DNA of 64,000 bases from an uncultured cyanobacterium (GCA_963703315.1 OY969811.1:2304001-2368000), one strand, 5' to 3'; shown: positions 10,081 through 20,768, counted from the stretch's first letter. A program made the numbers and translations. The notes: generated by a model from the letters alone, not told the origin.

Positions 10081-12231
10081 CTACTTAGATTGTTTTAATG
10101 GAATCTCAATCGTAAATTCTGTACCCTTATCAACTTCCGAAGTAAAAGATAACTTACCACCATGATTTTCGGTGATAATTTGGTAGGCGATCGATAGACC
10201 TAAACCTGTTCCCTTGCCTACTGGCTTAGTAGTAAAAAACAGGTCAAATAAGCGATGATGTAATTCTTTAGGGATACCTTTGCCACTATCAGAAATTCTC
10301 ACAACTAAGCGATCGCCTATAGTAACTTCAGTCTGAATCAGAATTTTAGAAACTTTCCCATCTTTTCTAATCCATTGAGGCTGATCGTTAACTAACTGCC
10401 AAGTTCCATTTGCTACAGCTTCTTCTTCTAGAACATCGATCGCATTGGTGAGTAGATTCATAAACACTTGATTTATCTGTCCCGCATGACATTCTACTTG
10501 AGGTAGCTCCCCATACACTTTCTCAATTTCAATTTCAGGACGATTAGAATTAGACTTAAGCCGATTTTGCAAAATCATTAAAGTGCTGTCAATTCCTTCA
10601 TGAATATCGACATACTTGCATCCTGCTTCATCACTGCGCGAAAAGTTATTCAGAGATTGCACAATTTTTTGAATCCGTTCTGCACCAAGACGGATTGAAC
10701 CAACGAGCTTCACAAAATCCTTAGCAAGAAAATCAATATCACTCTCTTCTAGCTTTTGTTGTACCGCCTCGACAGGATTGGGATAATGAGTCCGATAGAC
10801 TTCCACAAGCTCTAATAACTCTTTTGTATAAGTATCAGCATAGGAGAGATTTCCATAGATAAAATTCACAGGATTATTAATTTCGTGAGCGATCCCTGCC
10901 ACTAGTTGCCCCAGTCCAGACATTTTTTCTGCCTGAATTAGTTGTGATTGTGTGTTTTTAAGCTCTTGCAATGCTTGTTCTAGCTGTTCTGCCTGTAGAC
11001 GATATTTCTCTTCAGAGGCTCGGATGAGAGATTCAGCAGCAAGGCGCTTTGTAATATCACGTAAACTCCACACGCGACCTGCATAGCTATTCAAAATATT
11101 TTGTGGTTGCGAATAACATTCCAGAGTTCTGCCATCATCTAATTCCACAATTTCAAAGCTATTTTGGTCATTACCTAGCTCTTTGCCAAAATTATAGAGA
11201 TGCTTCGCAGAAGTGATTTTGGCAACGACATATTTAAGAATATCGACATCATGATGAGAGGTGAAAATGCGATCAGGAATCCGCCAAATATCCACAAATT
11301 TTTGGTTACAGATAATGATGTTGCCGATCGCATCTAGTACTAAAATTCCATCCGCAGTTGCCTCAAGGGTTGCCCCTAATGCCGCAAAACTTTTATTAAT
11401 TTCTTCCTCAGCAGCTTTGCGATCGCGAAGATTAGTACAAACGTAAGTTGTACCAACGACTTCCCCCGATGGACTTTTAACAGGATTTACTCGCAAAGAA
11501 ATGGGAATATGCTGCTTGTCGCGATCGCGCATTTCCAGTTCACTCGACCAAGTACCACCATGCATAACTGCGGCATGAATCACTTGAGCAGTTTGTCTAT
11601 CTGCAAATAAAGACTGAAAACCTGTCGTTTTTTGTAAATCCGATAAACTATAGGCAAACAAATCGTTAAAAGCAAGATTGATATAAATTGGTTGCCCTGT
11701 ATTGTCGGTAATACAGATGGCATCATTAGCACTTTCAATCGCTGTACCAATTTTAGTAAAAGCATCTTCTAGATATTGGCGCTCAGCGATTTCTTCGTCT
11801 AACTGACTCTGGAGTATTTGGGATTGAGTATTAGAAATAGCATGACTTGCGACAATGATGCCACCAGCCGAACCATCATCGCTATACCAAGGCTGGACAT
11901 CCCATTGAAAGATTTGTGTAGCCTTACCCCGTATGGCAATCTCAATCTCAGTTGAGTAATGCATTTGTCCACCACTGAGACAGCGTTCTAAGCCTTGTTT
12001 CTGAGCGATCGCCTGTGGTAAAAAGTCATAAAGATTTGTGCCAATCAACTTCAGGCGAGGGATTCCGAGCATCTTCACCCAAGGCTGACTCACTAGGATG
12101 TAATGTAAATCGCGATCAAACATCGCGATCGGGACAGGACAAAACTCAACAAACCACCGCAGATATTTTTCTGCGTGGTTAGCACGGTTTAAAATTGATT
12201 CCCACTGGGCTTTTGGATTAGCTCTTGCCAT
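10081..12231 (-). CDS. multi-PAS sensor histidine kinase
   Basis: PAS-like domains; H-box AHEINNP, N-box NLLTNAID, G boxes DSGKG and GKGTGLGL. Confidence 0.93.
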   Translation of the reverse strand: MARANPKAQWESILNRANHAEKYLRWFVEFCPVPIAMFDRDLHYILVSQPWVKMLGIPRLKLIGTNLYDFLPQAIAQKQGLERCLSGGQMHYSTEIEIAIRGKATQIFQWDVQPWYSDDGSAGGIIVASHAISNTQSQILQSQLDEEIAERQYLEDAFTKIGTAIESANDAICITDNTGQPIYINLAFNDLFAYSLSDLQKTTGFQSLFADRQTAQVIHAAVMHGGTWSSELEMRDRDKQHIPISLRVNPVKSPSGEVVGTTYVCTNLRDRKAAEEEINKSFAALGATLEATADGILVLDAIGNIIICNQKFVDIWRIPDRIFTSHHDVDILKYVVAKITSAKHLYNFGKELGNDQNSFEIVELDDGRTLECYSQPQNILNSYAGRVWSLRDITKRLAAESLIRASEEKYRLQAEQLEQALQELKNTQSQLIQAEKMSGLGQLVAGIAHEINNPVNFIYGNLSYADTYTKELLELVEVYRTHYPNPVEAVQQKLEESDIDFLAKDFVKLVGSIRLGAERIQKIVQSLNNFSRSDEAGCKYVDIHEGIDSTLMILQNRLKSNSNRPEIEIEKVYGELPQVECHAGQINQVFMNLLTNAIDVLEEEAVANGTWQLVNDQPQWIRKDGKVSKILIQTEVTIGDRLVVRISDSGKGIPKELHHRLFDLFFTTKPVGKGTGLGLSIAYQIITENHGGKLSFTSEVDKGTEFTIEIPLKQSK

Positions 12232-12434
12232 CCTAACCTTACTATTTTCAGAGTTTTGTCTTTAAAATTGTAGCGGTTTACAAAATTTTAGAGTGTGTCA
12301 TCTGAACCATAATTAGAACAAAAATGAATCATCACGTCTATATAGCGCTTTTCACAATCCCATACTTCACTAGACTGTGAAAAGCTATATAATTACCTCT
12401 TTATAAGCGGCAATAGCATCAATTGGGTAAAGAT

Positions 12435-12465
12435 GATGGGTTACGCGATCACTAACCCATCCTAC
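12435..12465 (-). repeat. GTAG-type REP-like palindrome
   Basis: GTAGGATGGGTTAGTGATCGCGTAACCCATC on minus strand. Confidence 0.7.
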
Positions 12466-12532
12466 ATTTAATTCCAACAACCTACTTAGCACTACCCAAA
12501 ATATAAATCTGAAGCGTACAAAGGAATAGGAG

Positions 12533-13330
12533 ATGTTGTTTAAAAAGTTTATAAATCGTTCATCACAAAAGCAAACTTTCAATGTAATGCTACTGACAGC
12601 AACCATTACACCTCCTGCTGGTGTCCCTCTTTTAGCAAGATATGATCCCAAAACTCGATTGCAGGATTATGAGGAAGCACTTCAGTTTTATCTTCAATTT
12701 ATCAATAAGGGTATTGATGCGATCGTATTTGCTGAAAACTCCAATTCAGATATATCCACCTTGCAAAATATTGTTGATCAAGCAGGACTGCAAGACCAAG
12801 TAGAGTTTTTAGTATTTGATGGACTAGATTATCCAGCCAGTTATGGTCGAGCTTATGGAGAATTTAAACTGATTGATTATGCTATGGCTCATTCCCAAAC
12901 TATTAGCCAGCATCAAGAGAACCTGTTAGTTTGGAAAATAACTGGAAGATATATCATTAAAAACTTTGCCAAAATTTTATCCCGTAAACCCAAAAACATT
13001 GATCTATACGTTAATTCTCGCAAAATTCCCAAACCCTGGGCAGATATGTATCTATTGGTATGGACGTTAAAAGCTTATGAAACTTTCTTGGTAAAAATTC
13101 GCAACGAAATGATTGCCGAACCTACTTTGCAATTTCAACCTGAGCAGGCTTTTAGCAAATTATTAGAACAACCTTTAGTCCATCTAAAGATCAAAAAAAG
13201 ATTTAATGTTACTCCCTTAATTGATGGAGCCAGAGGTTCAGATAATCAGAATTATTCTAAAGGTAAAAATTTACGAAAATACTATATTCGGAGTATCGCC
13301 AGTAAACTTTTACCTTGGTTATGGATTTAA
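12533..13330 (+). CDS. hypothetical protein of polysaccharide-locus type
   Basis: LLTATITP, FAENS, WKITGRY motifs; next to glycosyltransferases. Confidence 0.7.
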   Translation: MLFKKFINRSSQKQTFNVMLLTATITPPAGVPLLARYDPKTRLQDYEEALQFYLQFINKGIDAIVFAENSNSDISTLQNIVDQAGLQDQVEFLVFDGLDYPASYGRAYGEFKLIDYAMAHSQTISQHQENLLVWKITGRYIIKNFAKILSRKPKNIDLYVNSRKIPKPWADMYLLVWTLKAYETFLVKIRNEMIAEPTLQFQPEQAFSKLLEQPLVHLKIKKRFNVTPLIDGARGSDNQNYSKGKNLRKYYIRSIASKLLPWLWI

Positions 13331-14520
13331 TATATTGCCTCTTCATAAGCAGCAATAGTATTTAAGGTCATGGTTTCCAACGTAAATTTTTGGTCAGATG
13401 ATGCAATAGCATTTGCACTCATACGCGATCGCAAATCAGGATTTGTAGCTAGATTTAGTAACTTAGATGCAAGCGACTCTAGATCATTAAAAGGAATAAT
13501 GAAACCATTGCTACCATCCTCGATTTGATCATAAGCTCCAGCCGCAGGTGTACGAATTGGCACAACTCCACAAGCCATTGACTCCACAATAACTAAGCCA
13601 AATCCTTCAGCTTGACTTGGCAAAACAATAACATCTGAAGCCCAGTAAACATCACGAGGTTCGTTGACATATCCTAAAAATAAAAATCTATTGGCAGTAT
13701 TGTTATTGTCTAATGCATATTGTTCTATTTCTTGCCTTTGGTCACCAGAACCCGCAAACATACATTTAAACAAATAATTTTGGTGCTGATCAGAAATTTT
13801 ATTAACTGCGTCAATTAACAGTTTATGACCTTTATCCCATTGCATTCTACCCACCAAAGTGATCACAAAATCTTTGGCAGATAAACCAAATCTATCTCTT
13901 GCTTTTTGTCTTTCTTCATCTTGGGGAGAACGAAAATAGGTAGAATCAATACCATTGAAAATTTTCTTGATTTTATGATTAGCAATACCAATATCTTGAA
14001 TTAGCCATTGTTCAATATCTGAAGAAATAGCAATAAAAAACTGAGGAGAAAAAACCTTGAGATAGTTTCGTAAAAATGATTTTCTAAGTATCATTTTTGG
14101 GTCTTCTAAAGATTTTTCTAAATGGATAGACTTTAGAAGATGAAATGTGGCAACACATTTAATACCTGTAATTATTTTAAAAAGCATTACCGAAAAAAGC
14201 ATGGAATAACCATGAGCATGAAAAACTTGGATTCCATATTTTCTAATTGCCTTTAATATTTTTGATATACTTGCCAAAGTTGGGAATATGCGATTCACAG
14301 TATCAAAGATTATCCATTCTTCTGATAATGATTTTAATGACTCAAAACGTTTTACTGAAGAATCATCAAAACTCACTTTACCTGTTATCAAAACTACTTT
14401 CCAACCAGAATTTTTTAACCCGCGTATTAGAGTTTCACAATGTGAGGCAATTCCATCATTACAGTCAACTCGATTGAGCAGAAACCCTACAGTTTTATGT
14501 ATTTTCACACGATTGTCCAT
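13327..14520 (-). CDS. glycosyltransferase family 4
   Basis: IFNGID, LPSQAEGFGLVIVESMACGVV. Confidence 0.92.
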   Translation of the reverse strand: MDNRVKIHKTVGFLLNRVDCNDGIASHCETLIRGLKNSGWKVVLITGKVSFDDSSVKRFESLKSLSEEWIIFDTVNRIFPTLASISKILKAIRKYGIQVFHAHGYSMLFSVMLFKIITGIKCVATFHLLKSIHLEKSLEDPKMILRKSFLRNYLKVFSPQFFIAISSDIEQWLIQDIGIANHKIKKIFNGIDSTYFRSPQDEERQKARDRFGLSAKDFVITLVGRMQWDKGHKLLIDAVNKISDQHQNYLFKCMFAGSGDQRQEIEQYALDNNNTANRFLFLGYVNEPRDVYWASDVIVLPSQAEGFGLVIVESMACGVVPIRTPAAGAYDQIEDGSNGFIIPFNDLESLASKLLNLATNPDLRSRMSANAIASSDQKFTLETMTLNTIAAYEEAIY

Positions 14521-14577
14521 TTCAATTTATCTTGAAATCCAATTATATGGTTTAGTTGTTATATAAAAGTCTAAATT

Positions 14578-16023
14578 ATGAATCTTAAAGAACCATTACA
14601 ACCAATAAATGTAAAGAGAAAACCACAAAATACAGAAGCATGGTTTGTAATTGGCTTATTTGTTTTTTTTACGATTGTTTTACTGGTTGCTGGAGCGATC
14701 GGCAGTAAAGTATTAGGAATTGTATTTCCTTTAGGAGCTTTTGTTGTTAGTTGGTTTCTCTATTTTCGTTATCCATTTTTATATATTGGATTTGTATGGT
14801 GGCTAACATTTTTAACTCCTTTTGTGAGACGTTTAGCTGACTTTAGAGTAGGTGTATTTCTTGATTCTAGTACTATTTTACTTGCCCCTCCTTTAGCTAC
14901 ACTCATTGTAGGACATACAATGTACTTCAATTTGCCCAAGTCCAGACAGCAAGGCACAGTTCCTTTTGTCTTAGCATCAGCAAGTGTGATCTATGGTTAT
15001 TTTATAGGATTATTGAATCCGTCAGCTACATTTATTAAAGCGACGCTGAGTTTTTTAGGATGGATTACGCCGATCATGTTTGGATATCATTTATATGTTA
15101 ATTGGCGAAGATATCCTGAGTATAGCCAAGTAATTCAAAAAATATTTTTATGGGGAAGTTTAATTGTTGGTATCTATGGAATCTATCAATATGTAGTTGC
15201 TCCTGAGTGGGATAAACTATGGCTAGTAGGATCTGGGATGGATAGTAGTGCGGGAAGCCCTGTCCCCTACGGAATGCGAGTATGGAGTACGTTAAATTCT
15301 CCAGGTCCCTTTGCTGACATGATGGCAACGTCTTTGTTAGTACTATTTAGTTGCAAAAGCCCACTGGTTGCGCCAGCAGCAGTAGTAGGAGCATTGTCAT
15401 TTTTATTTAGTGCAGTTCGTACTGGCTGGCTAGGTTGGGTAGGAGGGATGATATTTTTTATCTCCTCTTTGAGGGCTAAGCAGCAAATGCGCTTAATTGT
15501 AGTACTTCTAATTGTATTTTTACTAGTTACTCCTTTAGCTACGATTGAGCCTTTTGCAACAAATATTACAACAAGGATTAACACATTAGGAAATATCCAA
15601 AATGACAATAGCGCTCAAGTTAGACAAGGAATTTATCAACGTTTTTTTAATAATGACATTTACAACCTTTTGGGTGATGGGCTAGGGGTAAATGGAACTG
15701 TAGATGCGGGTATTTTATCTCTTATTTTAGATTTAGGTTGGATTGGGACATTACCTTATTTAGGAAGTCTAGTATTAGGTGGTATTCTATTATTTAGAAA
15801 TCTAGGTAAATACTCTGACTTGTTTATTAATGTTTCTTGTGCAGTATTAATTAAGTCGATCGCCTTTTTCATTGCTGCCCGTGCCACCGCAGGTATTCAT
15901 GGAACGATAATTTGGATGTTTTTAAGTATGGGCTTAGCGGGACAACGTTATTTAAGTCATCAGCAAAGTATGAACACAGATATAACTAGACTATTAGAAG
16001 ATAATCTTAAAAAAGATCAATAA
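14578..16023 (+). CDS. O-antigen ligase / Wzy-like polysaccharide polymerase membrane protein
   Basis: Many TM segments, RVWSTLNSPGPFA, SAVRTGW; GT cluster context. Confidence 0.75.
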   Translation: MNLKEPLQPINVKRKPQNTEAWFVIGLFVFFTIVLLVAGAIGSKVLGIVFPLGAFVVSWFLYFRYPFLYIGFVWWLTFLTPFVRRLADFRVGVFLDSSTILLAPPLATLIVGHTMYFNLPKSRQQGTVPFVLASASVIYGYFIGLLNPSATFIKATLSFLGWITPIMFGYHLYVNWRRYPEYSQVIQKIFLWGSLIVGIYGIYQYVVAPEWDKLWLVGSGMDSSAGSPVPYGMRVWSTLNSPGPFADMMATSLLVLFSCKSPLVAPAAVVGALSFLFSAVRTGWLGWVGGMIFFISSLRAKQQMRLIVVLLIVFLLVTPLATIEPFATNITTRINTLGNIQNDNSAQVRQGIYQRFFNNDIYNLLGDGLGVNGTVDAGILSLILDLGWIGTLPYLGSLVLGGILLFRNLGKYSDLFINVSCAVLIKSIAFFIAARATAGIHGTIIWMFLSMGLAGQRYLSHQQSMNTDITRLLEDNLKKDQ

Positions 16024-16081
16024 ATTCCAGATTTTTGTGGCGCGGCGTAGCCGCGCCACAAAAATCTGGAATTTATTGATC
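16015..16081. repeat. perfect 32-bp-arm palindrome (TTTTGTGGCGCGGC core family)
   Basis: GATCAATAAATTCCAGATTTTTGTGGCGCGGC GTA GCCGCGCCACAAAAATCTGGAATTTATTGATC. Confidence 0.92.
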
Positions 16082-16104
16082 ATGAAATATATATAAAAAT
16101 AATT

Positions 16105-17238
16105 ATGAGACTATGCATTATAACTTCTAGTGTTAAAAAAGGGGATGGACAAGCAAGAGTAAACTATGAAATTACTAAAGCTGCTATCCAAAAAGGTCAT
16201 AGTGTTACATTAGTTGTTAGGCAACAGGTTGCTGATGATTTAAAAGATCATCAACTAATTAAATGTATTAATTTTTCTGTAGATAAGATACCAACTGATT
16301 TAATGCGTGAAGTTGTATTTACTCAACAGGTTAATCGTTGGTTAAAGTCTCATCATCATGAATTTGATATTGTGTTTGCCTGTGGAGCCGTAACCTCTCA
16401 ACAAACTGATATTAATGCAGTCCATTTTGTCCATGCTTCTTGGTTGCGATCGCCTGCCCATACATCTCGTTTGCGTAAAGATATTTATGGTGCTTATCAG
16501 TGGCTATACACGGTCTTGAATTCCTACTGGGAAAAAATAGCTTTTCGGCAAGCAAAAGTTGTAGTAGCAGTATCTGAACGTGTCAAACAAGAGTTAATTA
16601 CGATTGGTGTGCCATCTAGCAAAATTCAGGTGATTTTGAATGGTGTGGATGTAGATGAATTTGCGACTGCATTGGGCGATCGCCACAAGGTGGGACTACC
16701 TAAAGACGTAACCTTGGCTCTATTTGTAGGAGATATTCGTACTCCTAGAAAAAACTTAGATACGGTTTTAAAGGCTTTGGTGAAAGTGCCTGATTTACAT
16801 CTCGCAGTTGTAGGGGCGATCGCCAGAAGTCCCTATCCTGCATTAGCAGAGGATTTGGGATTAACTGAACGTGTGCATTTTCTAGGATATCGGCGTGATG
16901 TTGCAGAGATTATGAAGGCGGTAGATTTATTTGTTTTTCCATCTCGTTATGAAGCCTGTACTCTGGTTTTGTTAGAAGCAATGGCAACGGGAGTACCTGT
17001 GATTACTGCATTTACGACAGGTGGGGCGGAGATTGTTACGTCTGAATGTGGATTTGTGCTATCTGACACAGAGGATGTGGCGGCTTTAGCTGAGGCAATG
17101 ACTAAATTAACTAGCGATCGCCTTCTCAGAGAGAAAATGGGACAGGCTGCAAGGGCGATCGCTGAGCAGCATAGCTGGAAAAGTAAAGCTGAGCGTTATG
17201 TCGATCTCTTTGAAGAGTTATATCAAGAAAAAAGTTAA
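16105..17238 (+). CDS. glycosyltransferase family 4
   Basis: ILNGVD, FPSRYEACTLVLLEAMATG. Confidence 0.93.
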   Translation: MRLCIITSSVKKGDGQARVNYEITKAAIQKGHSVTLVVRQQVADDLKDHQLIKCINFSVDKIPTDLMREVVFTQQVNRWLKSHHHEFDIVFACGAVTSQQTDINAVHFVHASWLRSPAHTSRLRKDIYGAYQWLYTVLNSYWEKIAFRQAKVVVAVSERVKQELITIGVPSSKIQVILNGVDVDEFATALGDRHKVGLPKDVTLALFVGDIRTPRKNLDTVLKALVKVPDLHLAVVGAIARSPYPALAEDLGLTERVHFLGYRRDVAEIMKAVDLFVFPSRYEACTLVLLEAMATGVPVITAFTTGGAEIVTSECGFVLSDTEDVAALAEAMTKLTSDRLLREKMGQAARAIAEQHSWKSKAERYVDLFEELYQEKS

Positions 17239-17244
17239 ACTTCC

Positions 17245-18168
17245 ATGAAAATATCTGTTGTTATTCCCACTTATCGGCGATCGCAGGATTTAGTACGTTG
17301 TTTGACGGCATTAAAAAAGCAAATCCGTCCAGTTGATGAACTATGGATTATTGTTCGTGATACTGACGAAGAAACTTGGAAGTTTTTAGAAGATTTTGAG
17401 CGCGAGTCCTTGCCCTTATTGACGGCAACGGTGACGGTGACAGGGGTAGTTGCGGCGATGAATGTAGGACTTGACTCCGCCACTGGTGATATTATCGCCT
17501 TTACCGATGATGATGCTGCACCACATCCTGATTGGCTACAAAGAATAGAAGCTTATTACTTAGGAGATGAAAAGGTTGGGGGAGTTGGCGGTCGGGATTG
17601 GGTCTATCATGGCACGGAGCTAGAGGATGGGGCGCAACCTGTAGTCGGTAAGCTGCAATGGTTTGGACGCTTGATTGGCAATCATCATATTGGTATTGGT
17701 GCAGGTCGCGAAGTGGATGTATTGAAGGGCGTAAATATGAGCTTTCGGCAAAAAGCGATCGCTGATTTACGGTTTGACCACCGAATGCGTGGTACTGGGG
17801 CGCAAGTACATTTTGAAGTAGTTTTTTGCTTAGCTTTAAGACAACGGGGCTGGAACCTAATTTATGACCCTCGCATCGGTGTCGATCATTTTCGTGGCGA
17901 TCGCTTTGATGAAGATCAGCGTGATAGGTTTAACCCGCTTGCCTTGCAAAATGCGGTACATAATGAAACCCTAGCTATATTAGAATATTTATCACCTCTA
18001 CAGCGTTTAGTATTTGCCAATTGGGCGATCGCGATCGGCACAAGAGATGCGCGAGGTTTACTGCAATGGTTGAGATTTTTACCTAAGGAAGGTAAGTTGT
18101 CGGGTCAAAAATTATGGGCTAGCTGGCTGGGACGTTGGGAAGGGTGGCAAACTTACAGACTCAAATAA
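17245..18168 (+). CDS. glycosyltransferase family 2
   Basis: ISVVIPTYRR, AFTDDD, GVNMSFR. Confidence 0.93.
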   Translation: MKISVVIPTYRRSQDLVRCLTALKKQIRPVDELWIIVRDTDEETWKFLEDFERESLPLLTATVTVTGVVAAMNVGLDSATGDIIAFTDDDAAPHPDWLQRIEAYYLGDEKVGGVGGRDWVYHGTELEDGAQPVVGKLQWFGRLIGNHHIGIGAGREVDVLKGVNMSFRQKAIADLRFDHRMRGTGAQVHFEVVFCLALRQRGWNLIYDPRIGVDHFRGDRFDEDQRDRFNPLALQNAVHNETLAILEYLSPLQRLVFANWAIAIGTRDARGLLQWLRFLPKEGKLSGQKLWASWLGRWEGWQTYRLK

Positions 18169-18214
18169 TAGTGTTGAGTGGCTTTGCCACTCAACACTAT
18201 TATTTGCGCCGTAT

Positions 18215-18703
18215 CTAGAAAGACCGAAAGTATGGATAGCCTTTTGGGGTTCCCAATTCTTTTTCTAGCTCAAAATTAATAATTCCCCAACTTGGTTCTT
18301 GTTCTTCGGGAGGACTAAATTCTACATTCAATCCTGATAACCTTTGTCCATTACCCATAGGTGTAGTTTCGAGATAGGGTTTAACTAGATCAATATAGCG
18401 ATGGGCGATCGTGACTTTAATCGCTCGATACCCCTGAGTATAGAGGCGATCTATACTTTCGTGAATTTCAAAACGAATACCGTCGGGATGCGTATGTTGT
18501 CGATACCATTCACCATTCCATAGCCGCCATTGGCGATCGGACTGTAAATGCACTAAATCTTTGCAGTTAGGCTGCACTTCAAAAGCGCCGTGACGGGGAC
18601 AAAGATAGGTGTCAGTCAAAATCAAGGCAGGAATAATTTGCCGACAATGGGGACATTTAATTTCAGAACCAAAGATCGGGTATTGCTGCACTGATGTAAC
18701 CAT
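18215..18703 (-). CDS. conserved cyanobacterial protein, TIGR02652-like
   Basis: QYPIFGSEIKCPHCRQ...YLCPRHGAFE...RQHTHPDGIRFEIHE. Confidence 0.8.
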   Translation of the reverse strand: MVTSVQQYPIFGSEIKCPHCRQIIPALILTDTYLCPRHGAFEVQPNCKDLVHLQSDRQWRLWNGEWYRQHTHPDGIRFEIHESIDRLYTQGYRAIKVTIAHRYIDLVKPYLETTPMGNGQRLSGLNVEFSPPEEQEPSWGIINFELEKELGTPKGYPYFRSF

Positions 18704-18726
18704 CCTGATGATTTATATAAAAGTTA

Positions 18727-18818
18727 TATAGCTGTCACAAAGAGAGAGTTGCGCTGCAAAGCAGCACAACTCTCTCTTTGGTTTTGATATTGACCTAGCA
18801 TCGCTGTTGATAGCTATA
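18727..18818. repeat. TATAGC...GCTATA-ended MITE-like element with central hairpin (family B)
   Basis: Central CAAAGAGAGAGTTGCGCTGC AAA GCAGCACAACTCTCTCTTTG; related to 37366-37480 and 41856-41949. Confidence 0.7.
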
Positions 18819-18852
18819 GATATTAGCTAAAATTTTAACACGCCATTTTTTG

Positions 18853-18932
18853 TAAGTAGCTGGGCGCAATTAAATATAAAACTCCAAAACCTGTGGCGCA
18901 CGCTGCGCGTGCGCCACAGGTTTTGGCTCTGG
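18853..18932. repeat. TAAGTAGCT-ended MITE-like element (family A)
   Basis: TAAGTAGCTGGGCGCAATTAAAT terminus plus AAACCTGTGGCGCACGC TGC GCGTGCGCCACAGGTTT hairpin. Confidence 0.8.
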
Positions 18933-18947
18933 TTAACTGCTAAAGTC

Positions 18948-18986
18948 CAAAGAGAGAGGCGGCGCGAAGCGCCGCCTTTCTCTTTG
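18948..18986. repeat. family B hairpin core
   Basis: CAAAGAGAGAGGCGGCGC GAA GCGCCGCCTTTCTCTTTG directly after the hypB stop. Confidence 0.75.
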
Positions 18987-18990
18987 ACGT

Positions 18991-19767
18991 TTATTGCTGA
19001 ATAAAATTACACCAGTCTTCCATACCCACACCTGTTTTTGAAGAGACTTCTAGGATTTTAGCTTGAGGGGCAATTTGGTGGATGTTATATAAAGCTAGCT
19101 CACGATTAAACTCGACGACTTCAGCAAGATCGATTTTGCTGATTAACACAATATCCGCAGTTTTAAACATTACGGGATATTTGAGAGGTTTATCTTCACC
19201 TTCGGTCACAGAAAAAAGAATGACACGCAAGCTTTCGCCGAGGTCATAAGCCGCAGGACAAACTAGATTGCCAACATTCTCGATCGCTAATAACTTCACA
19301 CCATCAAGGTGCATTTGTTGTAAGGCTTTAGCAATCATTTCTGCTTCTAGATGACAAACAGAACCTGTGGTAATTTGGATTACCTCTGCGCCCGATCGCC
19401 TTAATCTTTGAGCATCATTATCGGTTGCCAAATCGCCCACAATTACGGCTGAGGGTAAGCGATCGCGCAGTTCTGTCATCGTACGTTCTAATAGAGCCGT
19501 TTTACCTGCTCCGGGGGAAGACAGCACATTTAAAACCTTCAGTCCCTTTGCCATGAAGTAACCGCGATTGCGCTCGGCAAGGCGATCATTTTGCGACAGA
19601 ATGGACTGAGTAACCGAAATCGTGCGGCGATCGCTATCTAAATGAAGATGTTCATGATCGTGAGCATGGGCATGATCGTGGGGATGGGCATGATCGTGGG
19701 GATGATCATGGGTATGGATTTTGACCATTCCTTCAGGAATATCGCCACAGCCGCAATCTTGACACAT
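18991..19767 (-). CDS. hypB: hydrogenase nickel incorporation GTPase HypB
   Basis: MCQDCGC, His-rich tract, [23 protein letters not shown]. Confidence 0.97.
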   Translation of the reverse strand: MCQDCGCGDIPEGMVKIHTHDHPHDHAHPHDHAHAHDHEHLHLDSDRRTISVTQSILSQNDRLAERNRGYFMAKGLKVLNVLSSPGAGKTALLERTMTELRDRLPSAVIVGDLATDNDAQRLRRSGAEVIQITTGSVCHLEAEMIAKALQQMHLDGVKLLAIENVGNLVCPAAYDLGESLRVILFSVTEGEDKPLKYPVMFKTADIVLISKIDLAEVVEFNRELALYNIHQIAPQAKILEVSSKTGVGMEDWCNFIQQ

Positions 19768-19768
19768 A

Positions 19769-20110
19769 TTAGGAAACCTCCAAAGAGACTAATTGCAACT
19801 CTCGACCTTGGCGAATCTCATGGGTGAGGCGATCGCAACGAGGACAAACATATACCCAATCATGGGGAATAAATTCTGCATGACAGCGAGGACAGTAGCA
19901 GATCGCCTTAACCCACTCTATCTCTAACTTCGCATCAGCAGCGATAGTTCCTTCTGTGCAAGCATCAAAGGCAAACTGTAAGGCTTCAGGCACAACTCCT
20001 GCGATCGCGCCGATTCGCAAATTTAGTTGATGGATATGATTAGCACCTTGAGACTGGGCATTGTCAAAGGCAATGTCTAGCATTGATTGGATGATACTAA
20101 CTTCGTGCAT
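19769..20110 (-). CDS. hypA: hydrogenase nickel chaperone HypA
   Basis: MHE start, two CxxC, GRELQL. Confidence 0.96.
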   Translation of the reverse strand: MHEVSIIQSMLDIAFDNAQSQGANHIHQLNLRIGAIAGVVPEALQFAFDACTEGTIAADAKLEIEWVKAICYCPRCHAEFIPHDWVYVCPRCDRLTHEIRQGRELQLVSLEVS

Positions 20111-20622
20111 AGGTTTTTGAGGAAATCGACAGCTTGCTCAATACTTTTGCGTGTCACGACGGATAGTTGTTCGCCAAATTCCCAATTCACCGCAGGCAGC
20201 AATAGCGAATATGCCACAGGCACTTCGCCATATACCTGTTGTGCCAACAAAAGTAACGATTTTGGATCGGAGATATGTCCAAGTTCTGCTAATGGGAATG
20301 GTGCAGGCACGATTTGTTTTGATACTGCGATGCGTTGCACTTGGACGATGGAGTCTGATTTTTTGCGCTTACTTACTAAATCATGACCATTCACACAGGC
20401 ATCAATAAAGATTGCTAACTCTGACTGGGCAATCGGTTCTGCGAGTTCGGGAGTCAGTTGGTGTACAGTTAGCGATCGCACATAGGGCAGTTCCCAACTA
20501 GCCACAATATCCGACACTCGACATCCTGCCCCGTCATCACTTCTAAGGGAATTGCCATAGCCAATCACTAGAATTGATCCAAAATTAGAAGTAGCCAATT
20601 TTTTAATTTTTGCAATATTCAA
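20077..20622 (-). CDS. hoxW: hydrogenase maturation protease
   Basis: VIGYGNSLRSDDGAG, HQLTPELAE; near hoxH. Confidence 0.88.
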   Translation of the reverse strand: MNIAKIKKLATSNFGSILVIGYGNSLRSDDGAGCRVSDIVASWELPYVRSLTVHQLTPELAEPIAQSELAIFIDACVNGHDLVSKRKKSDSIVQVQRIAVSKQIVPAPFPLAELGHISDPKSLLLLAQQVYGEVPVAYSLLLPAVNWEFGEQLSVVTRKSIEQAVDFLKNLCTKLVSSNQC

Positions 20623-20704
20623 GTATTTGATATGTCTATCTTCTCTCTATTAGCTCCAACTAGCCAATTTCTTTCAGTAAAATTAACAAACAGATACCAA
20701 AATT

Positions 20705-20747
20705 CTCAATTTTTGTGGCGCGGCAAAGCCGCGCCACAAAAATTGAG
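20705..20747. repeat. palindrome, TTTTGTGGCGCGGC core family
   Basis: 20-bp arms, AAA loop. Confidence 0.85.
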
Positions 20748-20768
20748 TTTACTGCGCGTCCTATCTAA

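Noticed and set aside
19645..19715. GCATGATCGTG-type short tandem repeats
   Set aside because: They encode the ordinary His-rich nickel-binding tract of HypB.
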